This document shows, piece by piece, positions 1 through 12,992 of a stretch of 64,000 nucleotides of DNA. Both the position numbers and the translations under genes were made by a program. Within the stretch, counting starts at the first letter, position 1. Each line of letters begins with the position of its first letter. This DNA comes from Clostridia bacterium (GTDB lineage Bacteria; Bacillota; Clostridia; Oscillospirales; Oscillospiraceae), in assembly GCA_963929765.1 (NCBI GenBank), contig CAWVKD010000056.1, positions 12,060 to 76,059 of the forward strand. Reading direction: 5' to 3'. Below the pieces are notes generated by a model. It did no database searches, was not told the origin of the DNA, and saw only the letters and a program-made list of their open reading frames with translations.

Positions 1-141
1 CTTTTTGTCTCCCAAATACAAGGGGATTTCTATGCTGTCATGGGGCTTCCTCTCTGCCGATTATCCCAATGGTTAACTCAATTTGGAATTTTTCCTTTTA
101 ATCGAACCCAGATGCAGGCAGATAAGGAGGAACTTATATGA
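1..141 (+). CDS. maf: Maf-like nucleotide pyrophosphatase, C-terminal fragment (gene begins upstream of the window)
   Basis: Frame 1 is open from base 1 to TGA at 139-141. It reads ...GDFYAVMGLPLCRLSQWL..., matching the conserved Maf C-terminal GD..NV(M/V)GLP motif. The stop overlaps the mreC ATG (ATGA). Confidence 0.6.
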   Translation, partial: LFVSQIQGDFYAVMGLPLCRLSQWLTQFGIFPFNRTQMQADKEELI

Positions 142-980
142 AACGATTTTTGCGTCGTCGAGGTCTTTTGATTTTTTTCATTGCCCTTCTTTTGGTGATT
201 GCATTAGGTGTTTGCTCTACGATTTTTCCCAGCCGCTTTCCCATATTATCCAATGCTTTTGGCACTGTCATTTCTCCTATTCAAAAAGGTATCACTGGTG
301 CAGTCAATTGGGTAGAACAGATCTCTGACTACATTACAGAATTTGATACTTTAAAGGCAGAAAATGAATCTTTAAAATTGGAACTTGCCAAAATGGAAGG
401 ACAACTTCGAGAAGCAGAAATGAGCGAACAAGAAAACAAACGTTTTCGTTCTTTGCTGAATCTACAGGAAAAGCGCAAAGATTTTGTTTTTGAAGCTGCC
501 ACCATCGTTTCCTGGGGATCTTCAAACTGGTCTTCCACAATGACTCTCAGCAAAGGGTCTGCTAATGGCGTTGCAGTGGATAACTGTGTCATTACAGAAT
601 CTGGTGCACTTGTAGGTATTGTAAAAGAAGTAGGGCTCAACTGGTGTACTGTTATTACCGTCATTGATACAGATCTAGAAATTGGTGGTCAAATATTCCG
701 AACAGGAGAAACAGCTGTTTTGGAAGGGGACTTCACTTTGATGACAGAAAATAGGCTAAAACTTTCCTATCTTCCAGAAGACAGCACCATTGCTTCTGGT
801 GATTTGATTTTAACCTCTGGCAGAGGAGGAAACTATCCTTCTGGTCTTTTGGTGGGCCAAGTGGAAGAATTGAAAACAGATGTTTCCGGCATTACACAAT
901 ATGCTATCATAACACCAGAAGTAAATTTAAATCAATTATCTCAAGTGTTTATTATTAAATCTTTTGAGATCAGTGAGTAA
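138..980 (+). CDS. mreC: rod shape-determining protein MreC
   Basis: 280-aa ORF with an N-terminal TM helix, a coiled-coil (ENESLKLELAKMEGQLREAE) and a C-terminal beta-barrel region (GDLILTSGRGGNYPSGLLVGQV). RBS AAGGAGG lies 7 nt upstream. mreD follows. Confidence 0.9.
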   Translation: MKRFLRRRGLLIFFIALLLVIALGVCSTIFPSRFPILSNAFGTVISPIQKGITGAVNWVEQISDYITEFDTLKAENESLKLELAKMEGQLREAEMSEQENKRFRSLLNLQEKRKDFVFEAATIVSWGSSNWSSTMTLSKGSANGVAVDNCVITESGALVGIVKEVGLNWCTVITVIDTDLEIGGQIFRTGETAVLEGDFTLMTENRLKLSYLPEDSTIASGDLILTSGRGGNYPSGLLVGQVEELKTDVSGITQYAIITPEVNLNQLSQVFIIKSFEISE

Positions 981-1012
981 AGATCCATTTCCCAGGAAAG
1001 GAATATGTAATT

Positions 1013-1519
1013 ATGGCAAAGCGAGACATCGTTTTTAAATGGATAACGTATGGAATTGTGCTACTTCTTGTTTGCCTACTTCAATTATTTATCGCAGATC
1101 GAATTTCTTTTTTCGGTGTACGTCCCATATTGCTGCCTTTGTGCGTTGTAACAATTGGCATCTTCGAAGGACCTCTAGGGGGTATTGGATTCGGTCTTGC
1201 CACAGGCATTCTCTCTCTGATCGCTATTTATCGCACTCCTATTCTTATTTTACTTTTTTTACCTTTGATGGGGATGATATCTGGTCTCATTTCTGAATAT
1301 GTGATTCAAAGCCGGTTTTTAGGGTCTTTGCTTTGTTCTATGATCTGCTTTGTTTGCATAGAAGGATATCATATTCTTCCACGTCTTTTGATTGGTATTC
1401 CAATAGAACCTTTGTTCCGAATTGCATTGCCAGAGCTAGTCTATTCCGTACTCTGTCTTATCCCTGTATACTTTTTCTTTCATCTGGCACATCGCCGAAT
1501 AGAACGGATTTATCATTGA
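1013..1519 (+). CDS. mreD: rod shape-determining protein MreD
   Basis: 168-aa polytopic membrane ORF immediately after mreC. Size and position are typical of MreD. Confidence 0.8.
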   Translation: MAKRDIVFKWITYGIVLLLVCLLQLFIADRISFFGVRPILLPLCVVTIGIFEGPLGGIGFGLATGILSLIAIYRTPILILLFLPLMGMISGLISEYVIQSRFLGSLLCSMICFVCIEGYHILPRLLIGIPIEPLFRIALPELVYSVLCLIPVYFFFHLAHRRIERIYH

Positions 1520-1547
1520 TACTGATTAACAACATTGAGGAATCATT

Positions 1548-3575
1548 ATGGAAAATAAAACCATTCGCCGCCGTACCTTTCTTCTTATACTGGTTCTTTT
1601 TCTCTTCTTGATCTTTTTTTGTGTTGTTCTTTACAACATGCAAATCATACACGGAGCAGAAGCCTTGGCACGTTCCAGTATAAAAATTACAAATGCAGAA
1701 ACAGTGGAAGCTGCCAGGGGTGAAATCAGAGACCGAAATGGCGTTCTTCTGGTCTCTGATGAAGCTCAATACAATGTTACTCTTACTCCTTCTTTGATGG
1801 GAGACGATCAGGAAAAAAACAAACAAATTCTCGATTTGGTTCAATTGTGTGAGACAAACGAATTATCCTATGATGACGGGCTTCCCCTTTCCTTCTCTGC
1901 TCCTTACGGAGATCGGAGCAGTACACTCACAACTGCTCAAAATACACGGTTTGAACAATATGCAAAAACCTTAGGTATGGACTCTATTCCCATTTCTATT
2001 GAACTTTTAGAGCGATTAAGAGAAGAATATCAGATTGACAGTTCCTACTCTAACGAAGAGGCACGAAAAATAGCAGGTATACGATATGAGCTAGACTTAC
2101 GGAATCGTGAAATCACCCAGATAGGATACGTATTTGCTGAAGACGTCAATACAGACTTTATTGTAGCTGTCAAAGAAGCAGGGTATTTCGGAGTCAATAT
2201 CAAAACCTCTTCTGTCCGAACATATCATACAACATACGCTGCCCACCTTCTTGGCAGGGTTGCCTCTATTGACAGTGACCAATGGCCAGAATACCAGGCT
2301 CTTGGATACCCTTTAAATGCTTTGGTTGGCAAGGATGGCGTGGAACTTGCTTTTGAATCTTATCTTCACGGCGTCAATGGCATCCGTTTAGCAGATACCA
2401 ATTCTTCAGGAAAAATTGTCAATGAATCTTATTCCGTCTTACCACAGCCAGGGAAAAATGTTTCTTTAACTGTGGATATCCGTTTACAACAAACAGTAGA
2501 AGATTCCCTAAAGGATTTCGTTTCCCAAAGGGAAAATGCAACTGGAGCTGCAGGTGTTGTAATTGATGTCAATAATGGGGATGTGCTTGCTTTGGCATCC
2601 TATCCCACATTTGATCCATCTCAATATGGGGAACAATATTCCACCCTCTCTCAAGATGAAACAAAGCCATTGTTTAATCGTGCAACTCTTGGCACATATG
2701 CACCAGGCTCCACATTCAAAATGGTTACAGCAGTCGGCGCTCTAGAAGAAAAAATCATTACACCAAGTACGTTGATTAAAGATACCGGACGTTACACGTA
2801 TTACCAAGATTATCAACCGATGTGTTGGATTTATCGCGAACGCCGTCAGACACATGGTACCATCAACGTATCCAAAGCTCTGGAAGTATCTTGTAACGTG
2901 TTCTTTTATGACATTGGACGCCGTCTCTCCATTGAAACCATCGATGAATATGCTCGTAAGTTTGGTCTTGGTCTATCTACTGGTATAGAAATCTCAGAAA
3001 AAAAGGGCATTCTAGCAGGACCAGAATATACAGAATCTTTAGGAAAAACTTGGATGCCTGGTTCTACACTAGCAGCTGCCATTGGCCAATCGGATCATTC
3101 TTTTACTCCGTTACAAATTTGCAATTATATTGCCACCCTTGCAAATGGTGGAACACGATATCAGGTTCATCTGCTTCATAAAGTCACATCCTATGATGAT
3201 ACTCAAATAGAGTACCAATATACACCGAAAGTAGAAGATGAACTTCATATTTCCGACAGTACCATGGAAGCAGTAAAAAAGGGCATGCTGGCCGTTACAC
3301 AAAATGGAAGTGCTGCAAAATATTTTTCCGATTTTGGAATTGCTGTGTGTGCCAAAACAGGGTCTGCTCAAGTGAGCGAATCCAGCCAAAGTAATGCTAT
3401 CTTTGTTTGCTTTGCTCCTTATGAAGACCCAGAAATTGCAGTGGCTCTGGTGGTAGAAAAAGGTGGCTCCGGATATGAACTGGGCGCAATTGCCAGAGAT
3501 ATTTTAGAAACATATTTCTATCCAGAAGAGACAGCTGATTCTTTACCATCAGAAGAAAATGTAACTTTGCCTTAA
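1548..3575 (+). CDS. mrdA: penicillin-binding protein 2 (elongation-specific transpeptidase)
   Basis: 675 aa with an N-terminal TM anchor. Transpeptidase motifs are SxxK (GSTFKMV), SxN (VSCNVF) and KTG (AKTGSAQ). It follows mreCD. Confidence 0.9.
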   Translation: MENKTIRRRTFLLILVLFLFLIFFCVVLYNMQIIHGAEALARSSIKITNAETVEAARGEIRDRNGVLLVSDEAQYNVTLTPSLMGDDQEKNKQILDLVQLCETNELSYDDGLPLSFSAPYGDRSSTLTTAQNTRFEQYAKTLGMDSIPISIELLERLREEYQIDSSYSNEEARKIAGIRYELDLRNREITQIGYVFAEDVNTDFIVAVKEAGYFGVNIKTSSVRTYHTTYAAHLLGRVASIDSDQWPEYQALGYPLNALVGKDGVELAFESYLHGVNGIRLADTNSSGKIVNESYSVLPQPGKNVSLTVDIRLQQTVEDSLKDFVSQRENATGAAGVVIDVNNGDVLALASYPTFDPSQYGEQYSTLSQDETKPLFNRATLGTYAPGSTFKMVTAVGALEEKIITPSTLIKDTGRYTYYQDYQPMCWIYRERRQTHGTINVSKALEVSCNVFFYDIGRRLSIETIDEYARKFGLGLSTGIEISEKKGILAGPEYTESLGKTWMPGSTLAAAIGQSDHSFTPLQICNYIATLANGGTRYQVHLLHKVTSYDDTQIEYQYTPKVEDELHISDSTMEAVKKGMLAVTQNGSAAKYFSDFGIAVCAKTGSAQVSESSQSNAIFVCFAPYEDPEIAVALVVEKGGSGYELGAIARDILETYFYPEETADSLPSEENVTLP

Positions 3576-3598
3576 CCCTATAAAAAAGGAGGATCTAT

Positions 3599-5470
3599 TT
3601 GATTCCTGTATTTGATTCCCGCGATTTGCGTTGTAAATCGCCTTTTGGCGCATTGCCCTCTGGGCAATGCGCTTCCCTTTCTGTTTTCCCACCACGATCT
3701 TTTGGTTTTTCTCGTGTTATTTGTATTGCTTTTTATGAAACAACAGGGAAAACACAAGAAATTTCATTTTCTTGGAAAGGTCTTTCAGGCGCGCAAGATA
3801 TTTTTTCTGGTGTCCTTCCTATCGACCAAACGTATATTGGCCTTATCTGGTATCATTTCCGCTTTGAAAAAATCAATGGTGATTCCATTTTTTATGGAGT
3901 CAATGGATTTTCTTATCAACCCACTTCCTATCAAATTACTGTGTATGAGCCCCTAAACGAAACGAGCGCATCCTGGTTTGGAGCAGGCGTTACTTATCAG
4001 ATTTTTCCAGATCGTTTTTTTAGAACACCTTTAGATCTCCCTTCTCTACCTCATCGGATTCTTCATGAAAATTGGTCTGATCTTCCAGACTTCTTACCAG
4101 ATGCAGAGGGAATCATTCGAAACTGTGACTTTTTTGGCGGTACCCTTTTAGGAATTCAGCGAAAATTACCTTATCTCAAATCCATCGGAATTGATACTAT
4201 CTACCTCTGTCCTATTTTTCAGGCAGCAGAAAATCATCGCTATGGAGTGGGAGATTATGAAACCATTGACCCTATGCTAGGCACAGAATCTGATTTTAAA
4301 CAGTTATGTCATGCTGTTCATGAAGCTGGTATGCACTTGATTTTAGATGGTGTATTTAGCCATACTGGTTTTGTCAGTCGGTACTTCAATGGCGATGGAA
4401 GCTATCACAGTTTAGGTGCTGCTCAGTCAAAGGATTCCCCCTATTATCCATGGTATCGCTTTTCCCACTATCCAGATCAATACGATTGCTGGTGGGGTAT
4501 TTCTTCTCTGCCAGAAGTCAACGAACTGGAACCATCCTATCTTCATTACATTGTTGAAGGCAAAGAGAGCATCGTTCGTCGATGGTTGGAAAAGGGCGCC
4601 GATGGCTGGCGATTGGATGTGGCAGATGAATTGCCCGATGCATTCATCAAGGCACTCTATCAAGCGGTCAAAGAAACAAAACCAGACGCCATCGTTTTAG
4701 GTGAAGTCTGGGAAGATGGCTCCAACAAGATCAGTTATGGTCAGCGGCGGCGTTACCTTTTAGGTGGCCATCTGGATGGACTCATGAATTATCCTTTTCG
4801 AACCGCTTTGCTCACTTATTTGAAAGAAGAAGATGGAGAAGCTTTTTTAAACACCATGGAATCATTACGGGAACACTATCCTCCCCACGTATTTTACTCA
4901 GCTATGAATTTCCTGGGAACTCACGATACACCCCGCATACTAACCCTCTTAGGGACAGAAGACGCTGTAAACCATCTTTCTCGGGTAGATAAGAGTCAAT
5001 ACCGTCTTCATAAAAAAGACCGAGAAATCGCCGTCTCGCGTCTGAAATTAGCAGCTCTTATTTTATTTACGTTTCCTGGCTCTCCCACCATTTATTACGG
5101 AGATGAAGCGGGAATGGAAGGGTTTGAAGATCCTTTTAACCGCGCCACATTTCCCTGGGGCAAAGAAGATCAAACCATCATTTCCCTCTTTTCTTTTCTT
5201 TCTCATTTGCGTCACACTTATCAATCACTTCAAACAGGAACTATTTCTTACCATATCGCCAAGGGACCTCTTCTTTGCTTTTCCCGAGAAATAGAAATGG
5301 AATGTTTGATAACAGTTATCAATTGCGGAACCTCTCCCCAAACATTAACTTTACCTTGTTCTTCATCTTCTGTTTCTGATCTTTTATCTGGTTCTTCCTT
5401 CGTAGCTGAAGAGGGTCAGCTAACCCTTTCTCTGCCTCCTATGAGTGGAATGCTCCTTACAAATTTATAA
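3599..5470 (+). CDS. GH13 alpha-amylase-family glycoside hydrolase, cytoplasmic (neopullulanase/maltodextrin glucosidase-like)
   Basis: 623 aa with a TTG start 7 nt after AGGAGG. GH13 catalytic regions are GADGWRLDVADELP, GEVWED and FLGTHDTPR. No signal peptide is present. Confidence 0.85.
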   Translation: MIPVFDSRDLRCKSPFGALPSGQCASLSVFPPRSFGFSRVICIAFYETTGKTQEISFSWKGLSGAQDIFSGVLPIDQTYIGLIWYHFRFEKINGDSIFYGVNGFSYQPTSYQITVYEPLNETSASWFGAGVTYQIFPDRFFRTPLDLPSLPHRILHENWSDLPDFLPDAEGIIRNCDFFGGTLLGIQRKLPYLKSIGIDTIYLCPIFQAAENHRYGVGDYETIDPMLGTESDFKQLCHAVHEAGMHLILDGVFSHTGFVSRYFNGDGSYHSLGAAQSKDSPYYPWYRFSHYPDQYDCWWGISSLPEVNELEPSYLHYIVEGKESIVRRWLEKGADGWRLDVADELPDAFIKALYQAVKETKPDAIVLGEVWEDGSNKISYGQRRRYLLGGHLDGLMNYPFRTALLTYLKEEDGEAFLNTMESLREHYPPHVFYSAMNFLGTHDTPRILTLLGTEDAVNHLSRVDKSQYRLHKKDREIAVSRLKLAALILFTFPGSPTIYYGDEAGMEGFEDPFNRATFPWGKEDQTIISLFSFLSHLRHTYQSLQTGTISYHIAKGPLLCFSREIEMECLITVINCGTSPQTLTLPCSSSSVSDLLSGSSFVAEEGQLTLSLPPMSGMLLTNL

Positions 5471-5473
5471 AAT

Positions 5474-5518
5474 AAAAAGAGATCATCTGCTTAATTGATG
5501 AGCAGATGATCTCTTTTT
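5474..5518. terminator. bidirectional intrinsic terminator between the convergent GH13 gene and rnhA
   Basis: Perfect stem aaaaagagatcatctgct / agcagatgatctcttttt with a 9-nt loop. A and T runs sit on both sides. Confidence 0.6.
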
Positions 5519-5960
5519 ATATACTGGCATATCGTTTGCTCTCTGCAACTGCCAACGCATCACATCGATTATTTTTTGGATTTTCTGCATGACCTTTCAC
5601 CCAATGGAAGGTGACCTGATGCTTTTGGAGCAAAGAAAGTAATCGTTCCCATAAATCAGGATTTAAAGCGCGCTCTTTCTTATTGCGCATCCAACCATTT
5701 TTCTGCCACCGTACAGCCCATCCTTTTTCAATGGCATTGATGACATATTGAGAATCGCTATACAGATCTACTTCACAGGGTGTTTTCAACGCTTCAAGGG
5801 CTGCAATAACCCCCATTAGCTCCATTCGATTATTTGTTGTTTCTTTTTCGCCGCCAGATAGTTCTTTTTCCAGACCACGATATTCTAAGATAGCACCCCA
5901 TCCACCAGGACCAGGATTTCCAGAACAAGCACCATCGGTATAGATCGTTACATGTTTCAT
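5517..5960 (-). CDS. rnhA: ribonuclease HI
   Basis: 147 aa reading [20 protein letters not shown] ... NNRMELMG ... SDSQYV ... [17 protein letters not shown]. This is a full RNase H1 motif set. Confidence 0.9.
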   Translation of the reverse strand: MKHVTIYTDGACSGNPGPGGWGAILEYRGLEKELSGGEKETTNNRMELMGVIAALEALKTPCEVDLYSDSQYVINAIEKGWAVRWQKNGWMRNKKERALNPDLWERLLSLLQKHQVTFHWVKGHAENPKNNRCDALAVAESKRYASI

Positions 5961-5984
5961 GTTTATCTCCTCCGGCTTACTGGA

Positions 5985-8504
5985 TTATGCTTTCTCTTCG
6001 TTGCCCTCTTCCTCTGTTTCTTCTCGTTCTGTTCTTGCCAAAGAAATAACTTTTGATCCTTCTGCTACTCGCATTAAAATAACACCTTTCGTATTTCTTC
6101 CATACAAATTAACGTCTTTTGCTGCCATGCGAATAATGGTACCATCATCAGAAATAATCATAATATCATCGTCTTCATCTACAACCTTAACAGCCGCTAC
6201 TTTTCCTGTCTTTTCTGTAATGGAATAATTTTGAAGGCCAAATCCACCTCTATGCTGAGGTTGACGATTTCCATCTGTCTCATCCTCTAAATTACCGCCT
6301 CTAAGATATTCTTCAATACTGGTCCGCTTTCCGTATCCGTTTTCTGTTACGGTAAGCAAAGCACCTTTCTTTCTTGCCCTGGCAGCGCCTATTACATAGT
6401 CTCCATCTCGCAAACGAATTCCTCGTACACCAACGGCATCACGGCCCATGACCCGGACATCCGTTTCTTTGAAACAGATAGCCATACCATCATGGGTTGC
6501 TAAAATAATATTTTGATTTCCATCTGTCTCACGAACAGAAATAAGCTCATCATTTTCTTCTAAATGAATGGCACGAATGCCTGACTTTCGAGCTGTATTG
6601 ATAGAAGCCAATGTAATTCGTTTCACAGTTCCTGCCTTTGTAATCATGGTAAGATACTGATTTTCTGGAAATTCCCGTACATGAATCATCGTATTGACTT
6701 TTTCTCCTGGTTCAAGAGGTAAAATATTGACTAAGTTGGTTCCCTTCGCTGTCCGTCCTGCCTCTGGAATGAGATATCCTTTTTTTCGATGTACTTTGCC
6801 ACGATTTGTAAAGAATAAAATATAGTCATGAGTCGACGCCACAAAGAGTGTTTCTACAAAATCTTCCTCTCTCGTCGTCATTGCTGTAATTCCCTTGCCA
6901 CCTCTTTTTTGTGTTCTATAAGTAGAGGCAGGCATACGCTTAATATAGCCAGCATCTGTTAATGTATAGACGCAATCTTCCTCTTCGATCAAATCTTCAA
7001 TGTCAATTTCATCTTCTACCGCTTCAATAACAGTCCGACGAGGATTGTTGTACTTTGCTTTGATTTCCAATAATTCTTCTTTTAATAATTCTTTCCGCAA
7101 CTCATCTGATGCAAGAAGAGATTGATACCACTTGATTTTTTCCAAAAGTTCTTTATACTCTTGTTCAATTTTATCTCGTTCTAAACCTTGCAAACGTCTC
7201 AGTTGCATTTCCAAAATAGCTTGAGCTTGGACTTCTGAAAGGGAAAAACGATCCATCAGCCGCTCTTTTGCATCATCATAGCTAGTACGAATAATTTGAA
7301 TCACTTCATCTATATGATCCACTGCAATACGCAGTCCTTCCAACAGATGAGCCCTTTCTTGCACTTTTCGTAGATCATATTTGGTACGCCGAACAATTAC
7401 TTCCTGCTGATAAGCAATATATTCATCTAAAATATCACGCAAAGATAAAATTTTTGGCTGACTCTGATTGTCTACTAGTGCCAATAATACAACTGCAAAT
7501 GTAATTTGCAGCTGTGTGGAATTAAACAAGCGATTCAAAACCACCTGTGGGTTGGCATCACGTTTTAATTCAATGACAATTCGCATACCTTCCCGGTCAG
7601 ACTCATCTCGTAATCCAGAGATCCCTTCTAGTCTTTTATCTCTTACCTGTTCTGCAATATTTTCAATCAGTCTTGCTTTATTTACCTGATATGGGAGTTC
7701 TGTTACAATAATCCTCGTTCTATTTTGTCCAAACTCTTCCATTTCTGTTTGAGCTCGAACTTTGATTCTCCCTTTCCCAGTAGCATAAGCGGCTCGAATT
7801 CCTGCTCGTCCCATAATTCTACCATATGTTGGAAAATCTGGGCCTTTGATATGTTCCATCAAGTCATCCAATGTGGCATCAGGATGATCCAATACACATA
7901 TGACAGCATCAATGGTCTCTCCCAGATTATGGGGTGGAATATTTGTCGTCATTCCCACTGCAATACCAGAAGAGCCATTCACTAATAAATTAGGGAATCG
8001 AGAAGGTAATACAATGGGTTCTTTTCGAGTTTCATCGAAGTTTGGCAAAAAGTCTACGGTTTCTTTGTCTATATCTCGCAACATTTCGTTGGAAATTTTT
8101 GCCATTCTTGCTTCTGTGTATCGGTATGCTGCTGCAGGATCGCCATCTACAGAACCAAAATTTCCCCGGCCTTCTACCAAGGGATATCGCATAGAAAAAT
8201 CTTGTGCCAAACGTACCATGGCATCATAAACAGACTGATCACCGTGAGGATGATATTTTTTTAAGGTATCGCCTACCGTAGCAACAGATTTGGAAAATTT
8301 ATTATTGGAAGTCAAGCCGCCTTCATACATGGTATAGAGAATACGGCGATGAACCGGTTTTAATCCATCTCGTACATCTGGCAAAGCACGCCCTACGATA
8401 ACAGACATTGCATAGTCGATGTAAGCCGTCTGCATTTCTTTTTCCAGGTTGATTTCTACAATCGTTTGATCTGGAAAGGAAATATCTTTTGATTTTTCTT
8501 TCAT
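5985..8504 (-). CDS. gyrA: DNA gyrase subunit A
   Basis: 839 aa with the active-site region [11 protein letters not shown], a QRDR-like [11 protein letters not shown]-terminal beta-pinwheel repeats and an acidic tail. Confidence 0.97.
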   Translation of the reverse strand: MKEKSKDISFPDQTIVEINLEKEMQTAYIDYAMSVIVGRALPDVRDGLKPVHRRILYTMYEGGLTSNNKFSKSVATVGDTLKKYHPHGDQSVYDAMVRLAQDFSMRYPLVEGRGNFGSVDGDPAAAYRYTEARMAKISNEMLRDIDKETVDFLPNFDETRKEPIVLPSRFPNLLVNGSSGIAVGMTTNIPPHNLGETIDAVICVLDHPDATLDDLMEHIKGPDFPTYGRIMGRAGIRAAYATGKGRIKVRAQTEMEEFGQNRTRIIVTELPYQVNKARLIENIAEQVRDKRLEGISGLRDESDREGMRIVIELKRDANPQVVLNRLFNSTQLQITFAVVLLALVDNQSQPKILSLRDILDEYIAYQQEVIVRRTKYDLRKVQERAHLLEGLRIAVDHIDEVIQIIRTSYDDAKERLMDRFSLSEVQAQAILEMQLRRLQGLERDKIEQEYKELLEKIKWYQSLLASDELRKELLKEELLEIKAKYNNPRRTVIEAVEDEIDIEDLIEEEDCVYTLTDAGYIKRMPASTYRTQKRGGKGITAMTTREEDFVETLFVASTHDYILFFTNRGKVHRKKGYLIPEAGRTAKGTNLVNILPLEPGEKVNTMIHVREFPENQYLTMITKAGTVKRITLASINTARKSGIRAIHLEENDELISVRETDGNQNIILATHDGMAICFKETDVRVMGRDAVGVRGIRLRDGDYVIGAARARKKGALLTVTENGYGKRTSIEEYLRGGNLEDETDGNRQPQHRGGFGLQNYSITEKTGKVAAVKVVDEDDDIMIISDDGTIIRMAAKDVNLYGRNTKGVILMRVAEGSKVISLARTEREETEEEGNEEKA

Positions 8505-8516
8505 TTCTTACACCTC

Positions 8517-10734
<2,218 letters not shown>

Positions 10735-10762
10735 ACACACTACTCCTTTTCTTTTAAGACAG

Positions 10763-11872
10763 TCACACTGCATGAATCATACCGTGTTCAATCCGAAATT
10801 GTGAACCATTGATTTTTTCTGTTAAGGGTGTTGTTTGACAACTGGTAATGAAAACTTGCCCTTCTTTGATTTGGTGAAGTACAAACGATTGACGCTTTTC
10901 ATCTAATTCACTCATAACATCATCCAAAAACAGGACTGGATACTCACCCCGATCCAAAAAATGAATTTCTCGCTCTGCCAATTTCAGAGACAATGCAGCT
11001 GTACGAACTTGTCCTTGAGAACCATAGGACTTTAATGGTTGACCTGAAAGAAAAACGGTAAAATCATCTTTGTGAGGTCCGGATAAACATGACTTAGATG
11101 CCAATTCTCCATGATAATGGGTCTTTTGATGTTCCAAAAGCCAATGATAGATTTCTTCTACTGGAGCTGTGGGGTCTTGTACTGTGGAAACTGTTTTATA
11201 TTCCAGATGAGGCAATTCTACCCCACCAGAACAGGCATTGTGATAAGAGGAAAATAAAACTGCCAATTTTTTTAAATATTGAGCTCGATAAAAAATCAAA
11301 ACAGCTCCATGTCGGGCCATATCAAGATTAAACGTTTCCAATAAGGCGAGAAGAGAAGGTTTCTGTTCCCAATCTCTTAATATTCTTGTTTTGTGTTCAT
11401 AAAGTCGATGAAATTGTGACAATGCTTCTGCATATCTTGGACGAAGTTGACATAAACTTTGATCCAAAAACCGCCGCCGGGCAGAAGCTCCAGCCCAAAT
11501 GATGGATAGGTCTTCTGGTGAAAATAAAACCGTGCGTAGAACATCAGAAAGAAATGATGCTGTTTTTTGCTTAACACCACCAATTAAAATTTTCCGGCGG
11601 CCGTATCGAGATAAGATAATTTCAATAGAAAATAATCGATTTCTAGACCAAACTGTTGCATTGATTTCCGCCTTTTCCTGGCCAAATTGAATCAGTTCTT
11701 TATCTCCTCGGGTACGATGAGATTTTGCACAGGATAGATAAGAAGCTGCTTCTAAAAGATTTGTTTTTCCTTGAGCATTTTCTCCAAAAATAAGGTTACA
11801 ATGATTAGAAAAATGGGCATCAGCCTCATTATAATTTCGAAAATGAGAGAGAGAAATGGTTTGAATCTCCAT
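10763..11872 (-). CDS. recF: DNA replication and repair protein RecF
   Basis: 369 aa with Walker A GENAQGKTNLLEA and a C-terminal LFLDDVMSELD. It lies between dnaN and gyrB. Confidence 0.95.
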   Translation of the reverse strand: MEIQTISLSHFRNYNEADAHFSNHCNLIFGENAQGKTNLLEAASYLSCAKSHRTRGDKELIQFGQEKAEINATVWSRNRLFSIEIILSRYGRRKILIGGVKQKTASFLSDVLRTVLFSPEDLSIIWAGASARRRFLDQSLCQLRPRYAEALSQFHRLYEHKTRILRDWEQKPSLLALLETFNLDMARHGAVLIFYRAQYLKKLAVLFSSYHNACSGGVELPHLEYKTVSTVQDPTAPVEEIYHWLLEHQKTHYHGELASKSCLSGPHKDDFTVFLSGQPLKSYGSQGQVRTAALSLKLAEREIHFLDRGEYPVLFLDDVMSELDEKRQSFVLHQIKEGQVFITSCQTTPLTEKINGSQFRIEHGMIHAV

Positions 11873-11876
11873 TTCT

Positions 11877-12992
11877 TTAACCGCCCGCTTTTAACCGTAC
11901 TGGTAATACCATATAGAGAAAATGCTCATCATCCTCTTCTTCAGGAAGAATGAAACAAGGAGAAACGCTGGTGTTTAACTTAATTCTAATGGTATCTGCG
12001 GGTACAGACTTAAGAACGTCTAACAAAAATCGGTTGTTGAAACCAATTTCCAAATTTGTTCCATCTCCTTCTATGGGACAGATATCTGAAGCGCTTCCAA
12101 TGGCAGTGTTTGTTTTAATCAAAAGAGATTGATTGCCAAATGTGCAGCGTAGTGGACTTTTCAGTTTTTCATTGATGATTAAAGAAACACGATCTACACT
12201 TTTTAACAGTTCTTTTGCATCTGCCTTTAGAGAGATAGGATGATGGTTGGATATAGCTTGATGATAGTTGAGAAAATCACCTTCTAACCTTCGGGATAAA
12301 AGTGTGGTATCTCCTATTTGAAAGGTTACATGTCTGTTTCCTAATGAAATGATAACCATTTCTTCTTTATCTGAAGCAATTTTTTCAACTTCAGATAAGG
12401 CAGATCCAGGAACAACGAAAGAATAAGCAGAATCACTATCTTGCACTTTAACAGGTTCTTTCCGTAGAGCGAGACGATAACCATCTACAGAGACAAGCGT
12501 GAGTTGATTGTCTTTTATGTCAAAAAGGGATCCTGTATGGATAGGTTTGCTCTCATCATGGCTGACAGCAAATAAAGTTTCAGAAATCATATGTTTGAGT
12601 GTGGATTCAGGAATGGATAAAGTATGGAGCTGTTCAACGGCAGGTAATTCTGGAAAATCGTCTGGGGATATGCTGTTGATAGTAAAGTGAGCGGATAAGC
12701 AGGAAATGGTGATGATTTCATTTTCTAAGGAAAAGAAAACAGTATCATCGGGGAGACGGCGAATGATTTCAACAAAAAGGCGTGCGTTAACGACAGTAGT
12801 CCCGGGGTGGTCAATCAATGCGGGGCAGAAAGTTTGAATTCCGGTTTCTAGATTGTATCCTGTTATTTTTAAGGAATCAGTAGCTTGAATAAAAAGACCT
12901 TCAAGAGCAGGAATCGTGCTTTTTGTGGAAACTGCTCTGGAAGCAGTAAGAATGGAATTTAGAAGAATGGCTTTTTCACAGGAGAATTTCAT
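11877..12992 (-). CDS. dnaN: DNA polymerase III beta sliding clamp
   Basis: 371 aa from the ATG at 12992 (MKFSCEKAILLNSILTASRAV), with GGAGG upstream. The longer ORF-track version (to 13205) runs through the DnaA-box/AT-rich origin DNA and is not credible. Confidence 0.95.
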   Translation of the reverse strand: MKFSCEKAILLNSILTASRAVSTKSTIPALEGLFIQATDSLKITGYNLETGIQTFCPALIDHPGTTVVNARLFVEIIRRLPDDTVFFSLENEIITISCLSAHFTINSISPDDFPELPAVEQLHTLSIPESTLKHMISETLFAVSHDESKPIHTGSLFDIKDNQLTLVSVDGYRLALRKEPVKVQDSDSAYSFVVPGSALSEVEKIASDKEEMVIISLGNRHVTFQIGDTTLLSRRLEGDFLNYHQAISNHHPISLKADAKELLKSVDRVSLIINEKLKSPLRCTFGNQSLLIKTNTAIGSASDICPIEGDGTNLEIGFNNRFLLDVLKSVPADTIRIKLNTSVSPCFILPEEEDDEHFLYMVLPVRLKAGG

